The notes under the pieces are model-generated. The model did not search any database. It was not told the origin of the DNA and was given only the letters and a program-made list of their open reading frames with translations. Shown piece by piece: positions 1 through 9,787 of a stretch of DNA of 64,000 nt (its first letter is position 1; every line of letters starts with the position of its first letter). The stretch is taken from positions 1 to 64,000 of the forward strand of contig CAVTBV010000006.1 in assembly GCA_963733095.1 (NCBI GenBank), written 5' to 3'. The translations under genes and the position numbers were made by a program. This DNA is from Candidatus Bathyarchaeota archaeon. GTDB taxonomy: Archaea; Thermoproteota; Bathyarchaeia; Bathyarchaeales; Bathycorpusculaceae.

Positions 1-150
1 TTGGAGTTAAATAGCAAGATAATAACCAAGGACGAAAGGTTAATGGTCGCCCTTGTGAATCCCAAAGTATACAAGTATTTAGGCTTTGTTGATGAAGCCG
101 AAAGGACTGAGCAGTTAAGAGAAGCAATTTCAAAGGAAACTAAATACTAA
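1..150 (+). CDS. 3' end of an unidentified protein (partial)
   Basis: Open frame 1 LELNSKIITKDERLMVALVNPKVYKYLGFVDEAERTEQLREAISKETKY* ending TAA at 150, 14 nt before ureE; does not resemble a UreC C-terminus. Confidence 0.6.
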   Translation: MELNSKIITKDERLMVALVNPKVYKYLGFVDEAERTEQLREAISKETKY

Positions 151-164
151 GAGAAGGTTGTTTA

Positions 165-638
165 ATGATTGTTTTTGAAAAATTAGCAAGCCAAGTTAAC
201 GTTGAAAAGATTAAGGAAGTTACAGCTAACAGGCAAGATGCAATGAGGGGTAGAGTAAGAACTAAGTTAAGCGAGTCAGAGGATTTAGTAATTAACTTGC
301 CTCGAGGTCAACCTATAGGGCAAGGCGACATTTTTGGGCCTTCAGAGAAAGGAGACTATTATAAAATATTAATCGAACCAGAACTTGTAATAAAAGTGAC
401 TTTAGATAAAGCACGGAGCGATGATGCTGTAGAGAAAGCAGCAAAATTGGGTTACAATTTAGGTAATCGGCATCTTGAGGTATTGATTGAGGATGGTGCT
501 GTATTTGTTCCACTTACGATAGGAGAAGAAAAGGTCAGGAAGATACTGGAGTCTATGAAGTTGCCGATAAAGTTTGAATCGGTTCAGAAGGTAATATCAA
601 TGTCTTCAGCAGGATACCACGGAGGAGAAGAGGAATAA
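165..638 (+). CDS. ureE: urease accessory protein UreE
   Basis: AAKLGYNLGNRH motif, N-terminal RGRVR..LPRG; first of the ureEFGD run; no His-rich tail. Confidence 0.9.
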   Translation: MIVFEKLASQVNVEKIKEVTANRQDAMRGRVRTKLSESEDLVINLPRGQPIGQGDIFGPSEKGDYYKILIEPELVIKVTLDKARSDDAVEKAAKLGYNLGNRHLEVLIEDGAVFVPLTIGEEKVRKILESMKLPIKFESVQKVISMSSAGYHGGEEE

Positions 639-667
639 TTTTAACTGAAAACGCGAAACTACTAAAT

Positions 668-1309
668 TTGCTGAGGACCTCAGACTCGTTTTTTCCCATG
701 GGGTCCTTCACCATGTCGCAAGGCATGGAACAGGTTATTAATGAAAACTTGTTGCCAAAGGAAAAAATGGCAAAAATTATAGAAATTTATTTAGAAAAGA
801 TATGGAAAGCATTCGACCTTGGCATCTTCTATCAAGCGTTAGATGCAATCGAAAAGAAAGATATTGAATTGCTAAAAAAAGTAGATGAAGTTTGTTATTC
901 TTCTAAGGTGACTGAAGAAAATAGGTCAGCCATGATCAAAATGGGAAGAAGCATGATGAATGTAACCGAATTCAACGAAGATACGATAGGAAAATCTTAC
1001 AAGGGGTTAATAAAATCTGATGCTGCCTATGGAACTTATCCAGTAGTTTTAGCGCTTGTATCTGTTCAGTTTAACTTCAAAGATTTAGGGGCTCTATCTC
1101 TTTTGTATGTTAATATCATGGAAGTCATTGCTTCATTAGTGAGAATGGGAATAATCGATTACATTGAAGCGCAAAAAATTCTAATTGACGCTGTAAAATC
1201 AATTCAGATAAAGCCTCAAAAACTAACTGACTTGCATCAGACTTTTCCCTTGGCGGATATCGCCTCGATGAGACACGAATTAAGCACAAGTAGAATGTTC
1301 ATGAGCTAA
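668..1309 (+). CDS. ureF: urease accessory protein UreF
   Basis: SDSFFPMGSFTMSQGME N-terminus and DIASMRHE..SRMFMS C-terminus; true start may lie a few codons upstream (about 641). Confidence 0.92.
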   Translation: MLRTSDSFFPMGSFTMSQGMEQVINENLLPKEKMAKIIEIYLEKIWKAFDLGIFYQALDAIEKKDIELLKKVDEVCYSSKVTEENRSAMIKMGRSMMNVTEFNEDTIGKSYKGLIKSDAAYGTYPVVLALVSVQFNFKDLGALSLLYVNIMEVIASLVRMGIIDYIEAQKILIDAVKSIQIKPQKLTDLHQTFPLADIASMRHELSTSRMFMS

Positions 1310-1330
1310 AAAAGGAGACTGATATGAAAA

Positions 1331-1978
1331 ATGAGTAATAGAACTGTTAGAATTGGAATGGGCGGCGCAATAGGCTGTGGAAAAACTGAATTAATTGAGA
1401 AATTGGTCCCAAAGCTAGTTGAACAAGGCTTCAAGGTTGGAGTAATATCAAACGACGCGTACTCCAAAGAAGATGCAAGAAGACTAGCAGCAAGACTTGG
1501 CAAAGACATCGACCCAAATCTAATCTTAGGAATAGAGACAGGAGGATGCCCCCATACTGCCGTACGAGATGACCCGTCGATGAACATAGATGCTGCTGAG
1601 AAACTTGAGCGAGACAATCCTGGATTAGATGTACTCTTGATAGAATCCGGAGGAGACAATATAACATTGACTTTTAGTCCAAAATTAGCGGACTTCTTCA
1701 TTTATATGGTTGATGTGGCTGGCGGAGACAAAACGATTCGGAAAGGGGGATTGGGAATCAAAAAATCCGATTTACTTGTTATAAATAAAATAGACTTAGC
1801 CCCTTATGTTGAATCTACCATTCTTGAATCGGGGATTAAGACTGCCAACCTTGATCTTATGATGCAAGATGCAAAGAAACTACGAGGTGACAAACCAACA
1901 GTCATGTTGTCTTTAAAAGATGGTACCGGATTGGATGATGTGATGAAAATAATTAAAGAAAAGGCACTTTTCAAATGA
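1331..1978 (+). CDS. ureG: urease accessory GTPase UreG
   Basis: P-loop GAIGCGKT, ETGGCPH nickel motif, ESGGDN, NKIDLA. Confidence 0.95.
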   Translation: MSNRTVRIGMGGAIGCGKTELIEKLVPKLVEQGFKVGVISNDAYSKEDARRLAARLGKDIDPNLILGIETGGCPHTAVRDDPSMNIDAAEKLERDNPGLDVLLIESGGDNITLTFSPKLADFFIYMVDVAGGDKTIRKGGLGIKKSDLLVINKIDLAPYVESTILESGIKTANLDLMMQDAKKLRGDKPTVMLSLKDGTGLDDVMKIIKEKALFK

Positions 1979-2883
1979 CACAGGAAGTGTTTCAAGAAGT
2001 GATTCAAGACCTAAGCGGTTTACCGTCCGCTTTCTCGGAGTTTGAGGCAGAACAAACGAGGCTTGCTGTTGGCTCTCCAGGCAAAAATGCTGTCGCAGAA
2101 TTAACGTTCACGAAATTTGGTGACAAGACATATCTTACTGATGTTTATAATGAAGTTCCAGCGAAAATTCTAAGAGAACTCTACTATGACCCTTACCTGC
2201 CTGGGTTGCCTTATATTCTTTTCATGAACCCGACAGGCGGGATAGTTCAAGGTGACCGTTATTTTTACAAATTTAGATTGAAAGAGGGCGCAGAAGCATT
2301 CATCACTGACACAATGGCTACAAAAATATACAAAATGGATTTAAATTATTCTAGCAAAGAAATAGATGTTTATCTTGGAAAGAACAGTCGTTTGGAGTTT
2401 TTGCCCAGGGAAACTATAGTTTTTGTTGATTCGCGTTGGCATCAAAGAGTAGTATTTCATGTCAGTGAGGGTTCAAAACTTCTTTATTGTGACATTTTCT
2501 GCCCTGGACGGATTGCTATGGGAGAGTTTTGGGACTTTGAAATCTATTCTTCCAAGGTAGTTATTGAAAAGGATGGAGAACTCTTGCTTAATGAAAGCAC
2601 TATTTTCACGAGAAAAGACAAAGAAGTGCTCGATGTTATTTTCGGTGATAACAAGTTTTATCTGAAGGCTTATTGGTACTCTGATAAAGCAGTTAATGCT
2701 AAGAATGAAATTGATTTTGGAAATACTTATGGCGGGGCTACACAAATGGCAAACAATAGGGGGCTCATCATCAAGGCACTTTCTAAGGATTTAAATGATT
2801 TAGAGAAGCTGCAAGGTGAGATTTGGAAGGTTTTCAGGAAAGCTGAGACTGGAATGGCCGTTCCTTCACTTAGGATGTATTGA
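1975..2883 (+). CDS. ureD: urease accessory protein UreD
   Basis: NPTGGIVQGD, ATKIYKM, PGRIAMGE motifs; ATGA overlap with ureG. Confidence 0.92.
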   Translation: MTQEVFQEVIQDLSGLPSAFSEFEAEQTRLAVGSPGKNAVAELTFTKFGDKTYLTDVYNEVPAKILRELYYDPYLPGLPYILFMNPTGGIVQGDRYFYKFRLKEGAEAFITDTMATKIYKMDLNYSSKEIDVYLGKNSRLEFLPRETIVFVDSRWHQRVVFHVSEGSKLLYCDIFCPGRIAMGEFWDFEIYSSKVVIEKDGELLLNESTIFTRKDKEVLDVIFGDNKFYLKAYWYSDKAVNAKNEIDFGNTYGGATQMANNRGLIIKALSKDLNDLEKLQGEIWKVFRKAETGMAVPSLRMY

Positions 2884-3025
2884 TTATCCTCAAAATGCAT
2901 TCTGGTTAGGATAGGGCGGCTATTATACTGGCGAGCGCAATAGCACTCAATGAAAAATAATTATCCAGTTATTTGTTTTGTTGCAAGTAGACGAAGAGGT
3001 TATCGGTGGAAAGCCTCTTTGATAT

Positions 3026-3838
3026 TTATGTCTGCTCAAGAGTTCCTTGAGCAGCTTTGATTGCAGCTTTATCTATAATCCGTCCCCGTAAAATGTAGGC
3101 AAAACCAACAGCAATGAACCCACCTAAAATTGGTCCCAAGACGTACAGCCAATAATGAGCAAAATTCAACAATATTAGCTGAGGGCCAAAAGAACGTGCA
3201 GGATTCATCGACGCACCGCTTATAGGACCTGCCCAGAGCCCTGCGAGGGCTATGTAACCCCCGACAGCAATAGCTGAGAGTGGTCCAACATTCTGAGCCT
3301 CGGATGCGGTTCCCAAAATCGTGCTCACTAAACCAACCGTAAGTATAATCTCCATTAAAAATGCTTGGAAATCATTTATTCCAGCGCCAGGTAGAGTTGC
3401 CCCAAACATTCCCACTTTTCCGAACATAGAAAATAGAAGCAAACATGCAATAACTGAGCCAATCAACTGAGCGATTATGTATCCTGGAACTCTACGCCAC
3501 GGAAAGTCGCCCCGAGCAGCAAAAGCTATGCTTACAACTGGATTTAGATGCGCTCCAGACACATTTCCCATGAATAGAATAATCACCATCACCATTAGAC
3601 CAGGTGCTACAACTACTGCAATAGGGCTAATTGCTCCAGCATTCATCAAGTAAACTATATTTCCACCCACAGCAACTAACACAAGAAAAAATGTGCCTAA
3701 AATCTCTGAGAACAGCCGCCTAAGCTCATGCTTTGGATCGTCAATATTCCTTCTCTTTGGACCCTCAAATTCTAAGAATATTTCTAGCCTTTCTAAGAAA
3801 CTTTTCTTGCTCTTTAACCTGGATTCAGAAGTAGACAA
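3026..3838 (-). CDS. MIP family aquaporin
   Basis: SGAHLNPVVS and GASMNPARS loops, six hydrophobic segments. Confidence 0.93.
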   Translation of the reverse strand: MSTSESRLKSKKSFLERLEIFLEFEGPKRRNIDDPKHELRRLFSEILGTFFLVLVAVGGNIVYLMNAGAISPIAVVVAPGLMVMVIILFMGNVSGAHLNPVVSIAFAARGDFPWRRVPGYIIAQLIGSVIACLLLFSMFGKVGMFGATLPGAGINDFQAFLMEIILTVGLVSTILGTASEAQNVGPLSAIAVGGYIALAGLWAGPISGASMNPARSFGPQLILLNFAHYWLYVLGPILGGFIAVGFAYILRGRIIDKAAIKAAQGTLEQT

Positions 3839-4344
3839 TTTCCAATCGCCTTAATCCTCACTGTATTACATTAAACGATTTAAAATATTAAATTTAACAA
3901 ACATACAATTTCCAAGAAAGTTTGGCAGAACCTCATTTTAATCCATTGATATTAGGAAAATTCTACTGAACCTGTTTTCTTACAGTTGTAGATAATCAGG
4001 GTTATTGCTTCAAATATTAACGTATTGGCTTGTCACTTAGACACGGTCAAAGCAAACTAAGCAGTAATGGTAAAGTTATTAGCCGTTCAAATTAAAGAGA
4101 CGGGCATCGCAGTTTTCAACTCCCTTATACTTGCCATCAGGGCAAAAAAAGCGCGGCGTATCAGGGTACATTTGTTGCGAAGATGCGGCGGATTTGGTGT
4201 GAGGATTGCCGTGTAGTTCAGATGCAGTTTAAGCAAACAAACGGCAAATGGGAATAAAGTGTGCATGATTCAGAACAGAGAACCAACTCAAACGGTCTGC
4301 CAAATAAGATGTAAAATAAGGAAGAGCGTGCGCATAGGACGCAG

Positions 4345-4782
4345 TTACTTGGCTTCTTCTGGAAAGAGATTCTTTCCTTTTTCTGTGATTTTGATAGCAC
4401 CTATTTGTTTAAACATATCTATGTTGTCAGTGACATTCCAGTATTCTGCAAGTTTGCCATTAACTATGCGATAGATGTCAACACCCTTAGTTGTTATCTT
4501 GTTGCTAGTAGGCGCCAATCCAAAAAACTCGTCTTTATGGGTCCCATTGTAAGTAAGCCGAACCCACACCTTATCCCCTTCAGCAATTATGTCTTCAATA
4601 GTTTCATGCCAATCGGGGAAGGCTTTGAGACCCATAGCAAATAGTTGTTTGAGTCCTTCTCGGTCTACCTTGTTGGTGTGGTCAACATAATCTGGTGCTA
4701 TAAACTCGTCAAAATCCAAGTTTCGCTTATTGTAGGCTTCAATCCACCTACGAACAATTGCCTTATTCTCTTCCAATGACAT
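4345..4782 (-). CDS. SnoaL-like ester cyclase
   Basis: EENKAIVRR, AFPD, IIAEGDKV, GTHKDEFFG, GKLAEYW pattern. Confidence 0.9.
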   Translation of the reverse strand: MSLEENKAIVRRWIEAYNKRNLDFDEFIAPDYVDHTNKVDREGLKQLFAMGLKAFPDWHETIEDIIAEGDKVWVRLTYNGTHKDEFFGLAPTSNKITTKGVDIYRIVNGKLAEYWNVTDNIDMFKQIGAIKITEKGKNLFPEEAK

Positions 4783-4816
4783 ATAACATCACCAGCTTGT
4801 TTCTCTTTTTTAATAC

Positions 4817-4921
4817 TTAACGGTTCTGATTTAGGTTCTGAGCAAACTCTTCAGCATGCTTGAGGTCTTCAACATTAGGTCTACCCATTTATTCCCCAAC
4901 TAAATTCATCAACAATACCAT
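4817..4921 (-). pseudogene. flavodoxin C-terminal remnant
   Basis: Minus strand reads IVDEFSWGING then, after a frameshift, RPNVEDLKHAEEFAQNLNQNR*, matching archaeal flavodoxin ends (GRPNxEDLKHAEEFA); rest of gene missing. Confidence 0.6.
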
Positions 4922-5295
4922 GCTCTACACTCAACTCATTGGGATGTTGTTTTCAAGAAATAGAGCAATAGATTCTGTCAGAAGTAGTAGAACAAACAAT
5001 TTTTTGTATACTACTACTTTTAAGTCTCTAAACTTTGGATTTACATCTACAACCAAAAATCCCAACGTCGACCTATTGATAGAGTAGCAAACCAAACATG
5101 GCAAAATTAGGTTGAATCAGGTTGCTTTGATGATTTGTTCATTGGCAACGGGAGCTGGATGAACAGTAGGCGCTGTAGAAGTTGTTGTTGTTGTTGCTGC
5201 AACTACATTCTGCACAACAGTTGCAACAACAATCAAAGACAAAAAACGTACCCAAAAATCAAACCTAAAATCATTCTATTTTTAGAGTCTTGAAC

Positions 5296-6223
5296 TTATT
5301 CTACGAATTGTTCAAGATACTTTACGATTGACTCATAAGCTTGTTTATAATCAGGACCAAACCTGTCGCCGTTGCGGTCACATCGAATTAGGGCTTCACC
5401 ATCAAATTCTCCCACAGGCTCATTGTACTTAATCCTGAAAACACAAAAGGTAACCTCCTCCCCGATGCTTGAAAGGTGAGCAAAGGATACTTGACCCCTG
5501 GCAGATGTAAATCATATTTTTCATCGGCTCTGGGTTCGAAGATGAAATCCTTCGTCTCCTCAAGCCAAGAAGACTCTGCAAGAAGCGACCCATTATACAG
5601 TGGGAAACAAGATTGCTCTTTCAATTCAGCCTTTTTCCTAACCTCACCAATCTTCTCAGTTAAAGTATCGCTGTCCCAAAGTTCAAGTTTAAGTTCTGTG
5701 CATCTAACTTTGCTTGCTCACTAAAATAGGCAGTAGCTAAGACAATTACTCGCTCGCAACCAGACGAACGCTTTGCCTGATGAGACTTCAAAACGGTTGA
5801 ACTCGAAACCAACTCAGTTTTCGGGTACCTTGCGGCTTGAATCGAAACTTTCTCGCCATCCTTAACAGCTAAAAAGTCAATGCCTGAATCCGATGAATGC
5901 TTTCCAATTTGGACTTCATATCCCAATTCTTCAAGAAGCCATTTAATAAAACGATCAAATTCCTTTTCAGACAGACTCTCGACTGAATAAGCACTTGCTT
6001 TAGAAGGGGGGAGGGCTTCGGTTTTTTCCACGAACGTTTTTTCTACATTCGCATCCGTTGTGGCAATAGTTTTCAGGTTGCATTCTTTTTCTATTCTCCT
6101 AGCCAATTCCTCAGCTTTATCGAGGGGAATTCCCAGTCGGTCCGATAGAAAATCTACAAGGTCGATGTTTGAGTACTGGTCGATTATTTCTTTTAGGACG
6201 CCGTTGAACTTGGGGGACTGCAT
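5296..6223 (-). pseudogene. Mrr-like restriction endonuclease domain protein, frameshifted
   Basis: Starts MQSPKF at 6223; LSEKEFDRF..LGYEV..DSGID..IQAARY Mrr_cat pattern; shifts near 5685 into ELWDSDTL...YPLLTFQ and near 5450 into CVFRIKYNEPVGE...YLEQFVE*. Confidence 0.75.
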
Positions 6224-6224
6224 T

Positions 6225-7604
6225 TTATTGCTCCTTTGGTTTGTTTTTAGGTGCGTGTTTGGGGCATAATTTTCGCTTAAACTCGTCGGTGTATGAGAGG
6301 TTGATTTTTGAGTAAATTTTTCCGCAGGTATCGCAGAAGTCGTAATGGTGAATGCATACGCTTGAGTTGTCATGACTGCACTTGAACTCTAAGAGTCGAC
6401 TGTGCCTTTTTCCACACACCGAGCAGATAAAACCTGAGTCGTGTTCAAAGTATTCATTTAGGGTTTCATCCAAAGTTAGGGGTGCTTTTTTTGAGTAAAT
6501 TTTACCAGTATCTATGGATTGTCGGATACAGTTACCGCAGACGTAGAAGGAATCCTGCGTTGCGTAACCTTCCGAGAACGTTTTTCGGCAAATCGGGCAT
6601 GCAACTTCACAAGTATGGTCTATGCCTAAAATCAGTGAGGAGCGTATGGTTGAGTTGTTATCGAGGGTTACTTCAAACCTAAGTTTAGTTGTGTTGATTA
6701 TGAGCAGGTTGATGAATTTTACAGAAATGTAAGTGATGTACGATTCTTCTTCTCTCTTCAGTAGCATCTGGTAGTTAGCATGCCATTCTTGAACGTCAAA
6801 ATCGTGTTTTCTGGAGATGACTTTTTCGCGCCGCTCCCTTCTAAGCCTCTTGTCAAAGCTTCTTAGTTTAGATTTTTTCTCTTTGCTGAGGGTTAAGTCA
6901 AATAGAACCAGCTTTTCCTTAAGCAAAGCGGACAATTTTTCTTCTGCTACAACTTTCAGCTTATCAAATACTGAAGGTTCAACTTTGGCTTTAAAATCTT
7001 GAATCTCCAACTCTTCCACATTCAAGACACTTACTTCACCAATATCCCCAAGTTGAACGATATTGCCTTGTTCATCCATCAGTACAGTGATTATTTCCTC
7101 GTTTTTTGGTCTCAGTTTGTTCTGGAAGGTTGCAGAAAAATAAAACTGGAAATACCTAACGGGCTCTTTTTTGAGGACTTTAACTGAAGATATTTTTCCA
7201 TTATTTATTTGGTGATAACATTGGCGAGATTCTATCCCGGCACTGCCCTCTTTTTCTTCGTCGGTAAGTGCCTCGTTGCAATGTTCACACGCAAAAGAAG
7301 CATCCTTAAAATAACTTCTAATCGATGCTTCAATTTTTTTCTTGGGGCTGACTAAAATTTGGCATAGAACACCGTTTTCTAAACATTCTTTGAGTATCTG
7401 CTGGAATGCCGGGCTTCCGGATGTTAGTAGAGGGATTTTTTTCTCTCGTGACAGCGCAGGGTGATATGTGTATTCTTGGCTTGTATTGTTTGGGTAATTT
7501 ACAGTGAAGACATCCTCAGATTGATCAGTTATCTCGCCTTCTTTCGACTTGACATATGCTTGGATGAATTGGCGAATTTGTTTATCTGAGGACTTTGTGC
7601 TCAA
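6225..7604 (-). CDS. uncharacterised multi-zinc-finger protein (YqhG-like SNF2 partner)
   Basis: 459 aa; CEHC..CYH, CPIC, CGNC, CSVC, CSHD..CIHH, CDTC, CPKH; basic coiled coil; TTG start overlaps the helicase TGA. Confidence 0.8.
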   Translation of the reverse strand: MSTKSSDKQIRQFIQAYVKSKEGEITDQSEDVFTVNYPNNTSQEYTYHPALSREKKIPLLTSGSPAFQQILKECLENGVLCQILVSPKKKIEASIRSYFKDASFACEHCNEALTDEEKEGSAGIESRQCYHQINNGKISSVKVLKKEPVRYFQFYFSATFQNKLRPKNEEIITVLMDEQGNIVQLGDIGEVSVLNVEELEIQDFKAKVEPSVFDKLKVVAEEKLSALLKEKLVLFDLTLSKEKKSKLRSFDKRLRRERREKVISRKHDFDVQEWHANYQMLLKREEESYITYISVKFINLLIINTTKLRFEVTLDNNSTIRSSLILGIDHTCEVACPICRKTFSEGYATQDSFYVCGNCIRQSIDTGKIYSKKAPLTLDETLNEYFEHDSGFICSVCGKRHSRLLEFKCSHDNSSVCIHHYDFCDTCGKIYSKINLSYTDEFKRKLCPKHAPKNKPKEQ

Positions 7605-9529
7605 TCAAGAACCCCTTGGGTAAATTTTTCCGCTAATTCCTGGTTTTTTCTAGAAACCGTCAGGTCATTTGCTAGTTTTTCAAGTTCTGTTTTGAGGTCT
7701 AAACGCGAGTTGCTTCTGAGTAGAATATCTGCAATGGTTTTTTGTATGTCTTGTGCTCCTTCTTTTAGTTCGGCAAGGACCGTCTCCATCTTGCCTATGG
7801 TCATTGTGAAGAGCTCTATTTTTTGGTAGAGGATATGGAGAACATAATCGTCGATGGTGTCTTTGACGCTTAAGTTAAAAACTGTGATGTCGCGTTCTTG
7901 TTTAAAGCGGTGGATTCGCCCTATTCTTTGCTCGATCTTCATGGGGTTCCAGTGCAAATCGTAATTGAACATGACACAGCAGTTCTGAAGGTTCAGGCCT
8001 TCAGCCGCAGCGTCGGTGGCGACAAGATACCTTATTTCCCCATTCCTAAAACCTTCGATCACTACATCCCTTTCCTTCTGGTTCATATCGCCCAAGTAAA
8101 CAGCAGCCTTCCCAAACTCCCTATCCAGCATATTCTTAATGTTGTGCGCCGTGATCTTTCGCAGGCAAAATATCAACGCTTGCTCCTTTGGAATCTCGTA
8201 CAAAACGGTTCTTAGCAACTCCATTTTTGCACCCTTAACTTTCGCCGCCATCTCAATCAACTTACCTGCGACTTCAGCTTCCATCGGGAACCGCTCTTTC
8301 CTCCTAGTTAAGGATTCAACTGCGGCAGCCGGCGAACTCGAGAAGGACTGCTGAAGAGTAATCGCTTGAAAAACTAAAATCGCGTTGCTTTGGGACTCAC
8401 TGAATCGTCGATTCGGATTCTCCGCCATGAGCGCTTCAATAGTCCTGAAATGGTTCTTGCTTACGTCACGCAAATATTCGGTTGCTTGATCGATAAATTC
8501 TCGTTCGCTCTGGTTTGCTTCAAGTGTTCTTGAGTCTACACACCGTTTTGTAAATGGGATGCCCGTTTGTTCTCTTCGGGTTCGGCACATTACGTCTCGA
8601 AGATTTTGTCTTAAGTGATAAACTTGTTCTGGTCTTACGACGCGGCTTTTGGCGTCTTCGGCAAACCTGGAAATAAACGAACGTTCACTTTCAAGAAGCC
8701 CCGGCTGAATTAAATCTACGATACTGTACAAGTCAGTTAGCCTGTTGCATAGGGGCGTGGCGGTAAGCAGCAAGAAATGGTTCTTTCTTAGGTTTGCCAG
8801 ACAAGCCCTGCCTTTGCTGTGGGTATTTCTGAATGTGTGAGCTTCATCGACTACAATCAAGTCCCAGGTTCGGCTTGCGACCTCATCGAATTTTCTGGCT
8901 AAAAGGTTATGGGAACATATTATTCTGTCATCGATCTTGAGGTTAACATGCTCCTTTGAATTATTAGCTATCGTGAATGTTTCTGAGAATTTTTCAGACA
9001 TTTCAGCTTTCCATTGCGACAGTAGGCTCTTGGGTGAAACAATCAGAATGGAGTTAATTTCCTCTCTTAGAAGCAGCTCTTTCATGATGATGCCGGCTTC
9101 GATTGTTTTTCCAAGACCTACTTCGTCAGCAAGGATAGCGTTTCCATTCATCTCGTTTATTACTTGTAGTGCTGTCTGCATCTGGAAATTATAGGGGATT
9201 AACTTTGAATGTATGGCGTCTAAGGAGATGAGTCGATCGATTTTGCCAGTTTGTTTTATTTGTAGTGCTTCTAAATTGAGTTGAAATGTCTGAAATTTTG
9301 AAAATCTCTTCGTTTCAATTTGTTTTTTTATGTTATAGGGGTCTGAAAAGCTGAGGAAATACTTGTGTTTAGTTTTTTTGCCCGCTTGAGTATCTTCTTC
9401 ATATTCGCCAAAGAAGGTTTTTTCGGGCGACTTTACGGATTCGACTGGCGCTTTTTTGTGTCGTGACGCTTTTTCCGCGTTTTCTTTCGAGGATTTCTTG
9501 GTTTTTGGCATCTGCTCGTCAATTGTCAT
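7601..9529 (-). CDS. SNF2-family helicase (YqhH/HepA-like)
   Basis: ILADEVGLGKT, DEAH, LLLTATP, AEGLNLQ, WNPMKIEQRIGRIHR; start placed at MTIDEQ after AGAGGGA. Confidence 0.93.
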   Translation of the reverse strand: MTIDEQMPKTKKSSKENAEKASRHKKAPVESVKSPEKTFFGEYEEDTQAGKKTKHKYFLSFSDPYNIKKQIETKRFSKFQTFQLNLEALQIKQTGKIDRLISLDAIHSKLIPYNFQMQTALQVINEMNGNAILADEVGLGKTIEAGIIMKELLLREEINSILIVSPKSLLSQWKAEMSEKFSETFTIANNSKEHVNLKIDDRIICSHNLLARKFDEVASRTWDLIVVDEAHTFRNTHSKGRACLANLRKNHFLLLTATPLCNRLTDLYSIVDLIQPGLLESERSFISRFAEDAKSRVVRPEQVYHLRQNLRDVMCRTRREQTGIPFTKRCVDSRTLEANQSEREFIDQATEYLRDVSKNHFRTIEALMAENPNRRFSESQSNAILVFQAITLQQSFSSSPAAAVESLTRRKERFPMEAEVAGKLIEMAAKVKGAKMELLRTVLYEIPKEQALIFCLRKITAHNIKNMLDREFGKAAVYLGDMNQKERDVVIEGFRNGEIRYLVATDAAAEGLNLQNCCVMFNYDLHWNPMKIEQRIGRIHRFKQERDITVFNLSVKDTIDDYVLHILYQKIELFTMTIGKMETVLAELKEGAQDIQKTIADILLRSNSRLDLKTELEKLANDLTVSRKNQELAEKFTQGVLD

Positions 9530-9787
9530 TAGAGTTCCCTCTTTACTGAATAGGATTGCCGGCACTCGCGGCATTTAGCTTTGGAGTTATTAGGCAAGAG
9601 AATCGCGGAGTATTTGGTATCTGAGTATAAAAAGATGAAGCAAGCAAAAACTTGGTTTTTGCAGGGTGTCTCATGTCTTTGGATTGAAATAATTTACTGT
9701 TTCAACTAAGTGAGGAAGGAATATTTCGTTTGATAGGGGATGCACCTTTTGACTTGAGGGAGGTTTAATTCAAAAAGCTTCTTCCAG

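Noticed and set aside
5127-5270. (GTT)n run and short minus-strand ORF with poly-Thr
   Set aside because: Only about five units; looks like a decayed signal-peptide/linker fragment, not a functional repeat array
6224-6373. N-terminal extension of the 237-aa ORF in the track
   Set aside because: Overlaps the Zn-finger gene; ATG at 6223 directly after its stop is more plausible
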